Below, piece by piece: positions 62,867-64,000 of a stretch of 64,000 bases of DNA. Positions within the stretch are counted from its first letter, which is position 1; each line of letters begins with the position of its first letter. The notes below the pieces were generated by a model. It was given only the letters and a program-made list of their open reading frames with translations, was not told the DNA's origin and did no database searches. The position numbers were made by a program, and so were the translations under genes. Source of the stretch: a virus (taxonomy: Duplodnaviria > Caudoviricetes); the IMG/VR virus record IMGVR_UViG_3300028558_000029, positions 356-64,355 of that record. One strand, given 5' to 3'.

Positions 62867-63099
62867 TCGACCGGGGAACCGCGTCAGTAACTATCCGCAC
62901 AGCCCTCTCCATGCAGGTTTGCGTGCCACGACACTGGACGGACGATCAGGTGATCGAGTTCGCCGAAGAGCAGAACCGCTGCGGTACCGTCAATGGCTGG
63001 CAGATCAGGCGCGAGGGTGACCGGCTGCTGGCTGGCGCGAAAGAGCGGGTGACGTGTGCCGACAGCATCGGTCACGTCCACATCGTCCTGGATGCCTGA
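62863..63099 (+). CDS. hypothetical protein
   Basis: MQVCVP..WTD.QV..FA....CGT..GW. Confidence 0.7.
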   Translation: MIDRGTASVTIRTALSMQVCVPRHWTDDQVIEFAEEQNRCGTVNGWQIRREGDRLLAGAKERVTCADSIGHVHIVLDA

Positions 63100-63102
63100 C
63101 CG

Positions 63103-63351
63103 ATGAAGATCGTCAATCTACGTGCCGCCAACCTGACCAATATCCCCGCGATGTTGCGCGAGGTGGCGGACTCGATCGAGAAGGGCCGGCACGGCGAGGT
63201 GCGCGCGATGAGCGCTGTCATGTTGGCCGATGGCCGTGACCCGGTGATCTTCGGGTGGGGCTTGACCGATAGTATCCACTCGCTCGGCGTGCTTCAGATC
63301 GGCCTGACATGGCTGGCGCAGTCGCACCGGGCTCCGGGGGAGAAGAAATAA
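63103..63351 (+). CDS. hypothetical protein
   Basis: IPAMLR..AD.IE.G..G...FGWG. Confidence 0.7.
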   Translation: MKIVNLRAANLTNIPAMLREVADSIEKGRHGEVRAMSAVMLADGRDPVIFGWGLTDSIHSLGVLQIGLTWLAQSHRAPGEKK

Positions 63352-63641
63352 TGCCTTGTTTAAGCGGTCCATCCGAAGCGGAGCTGTGGCATGAAGAGAG
63401 GCTGAAGAATGACCGGGTTACGGCCCTGCTTTGTGCGCTTTGCCAGAGAATCGAGGAGGGCCCGTCTAGCAAGGTGATCAACGAGGACCCGGCCCTGGTG
63501 GCGTGGTGGCAGGAGCACAAGCGGCTGGACGCTGAGCGCAAGGCTCAGGAGGCCAGGGATTTCAGGCGCAAGCGTGTCGCCGAGGAGGCCCGGTCAAAGC
63601 TGACACGAGAAGAGCGCATTGCGCTGGGGATTGAAAGATGA
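63351..63641 (+). CDS. hypothetical protein
   Basis: MPC...LC..C...WW.EHK..D...KLT.EER.ALG. Confidence 0.75.
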   Translation: MPCLSGPSEAELWHEERLKNDRVTALLCALCQRIEEGPSSKVINEDPALVAWWQEHKRLDAERKAQEARDFRRKRVAEEARSKLTREERIALGIER

Positions 63642-64000
63642 ACGACGTAACCACCCTCACTCCACTCAAGGAACCGCCCGGCCTATCGCTGTTTCGCGCC
63701 TCGGCCCAGGCCCGCTCGCAGGGCGACCGAGCCACCGGCCGCAAGCTGACCGAGCAGGCGCTGCGCTTCGATCCTGCCATTGGCGGGGCATGGTTTAACC
63801 TCGGAACGGACTACATGCTGGAGGGCAAGCATGAGGCGGCGGAAGCCTGCTTCAGAAGGGCCGTCGAGCTGCTCGGCGAGGAGCCCTATGCGCTCTCCAA
63901 TGTCGGCTGGTCGCGCTACCTTCAGGGCGACGTGCATGGCGGGATCGCCTGGACGGAGCGCTCGCGCAAGGTGACGACCAGCCTGCCCGGCCCGTTGAAC
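63638..64000 (+). CDS. TPR-glycosyltransferase 5' part (continues at start of window)
   Basis: ATGA-coupled start; AWFNLG...AEACFRRAVEL TPR; in frame with 108..1190 ORF across the repeat. Confidence 0.85.
   Translation, partial: MNDVTTLTPLKEPPGLSLFRASAQARSQGDRATGRKLTEQALRFDPAIGGAWFNLGTDYMLEGKHEAAEACFRRAVELLGEEPYALSNVGWSRYLQGDVHGGIAWTERSRKVTTSLPGPLN
63825..64000 (+). repeat. Terminal direct repeat copy 2
   Basis: Matches 1-176. Confidence 0.95.

Larger units (their letters stand above)
1..64000. mobile_element. Near-complete circularly permuted tailed phage genome (podovirus-like), unit length about 63,824 bp
   Basis: TerL-portal-capsid-tail-lysis-replication modules; terminal overlap with one gene crossing the join; no tape measure. 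Confidence 0.93.

Overview
The window looks like an essentially complete, circularly permuted dsDNA tailed-phage genome of about 63.8 kb. Bases 1-176 repeat at 63825-64000, and a TPR-glycosyltransferase gene runs across the join. The layout suggests a P22-like podovirus: TerL, portal, scaffold, capsid, adaptors, nozzle and three ejection proteins, with no tape measure. The host is probably alphaproteobacterial (GcrA-like domains, AAA_24/SSB/Cas4-like/primase-helicase module). No integrase, DNA polymerase or reverse transcriptase was recognised. The most notable features are: (i) a promoter-driven array of about 36 tRNAs covering all 20 amino acids, many structurally non-canonical, with an HNH gene, several non-tRNA structured RNAs and a terminal basic peptide; (ii) seven consecutive Sec-signal-peptide genes, several Cys- and Ser/Thr-rich, where tail fibres normally sit; (iii) a glycosylation cassette (TPR-GT, GT-like, UDP-galactopyranose mutase) upstream of TerL; (iv) a dispersed, strongly over-represented GTTTA(C/A)AC octamer, a parS-like site and a six-copy palindromic operator; (v) a vWA plus divergent PurA pair, an amidoligase plus GATase pair, a split GcrA and an Acb2-like protein. 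All calls come from reading the sequence by eye, and no searches were run.
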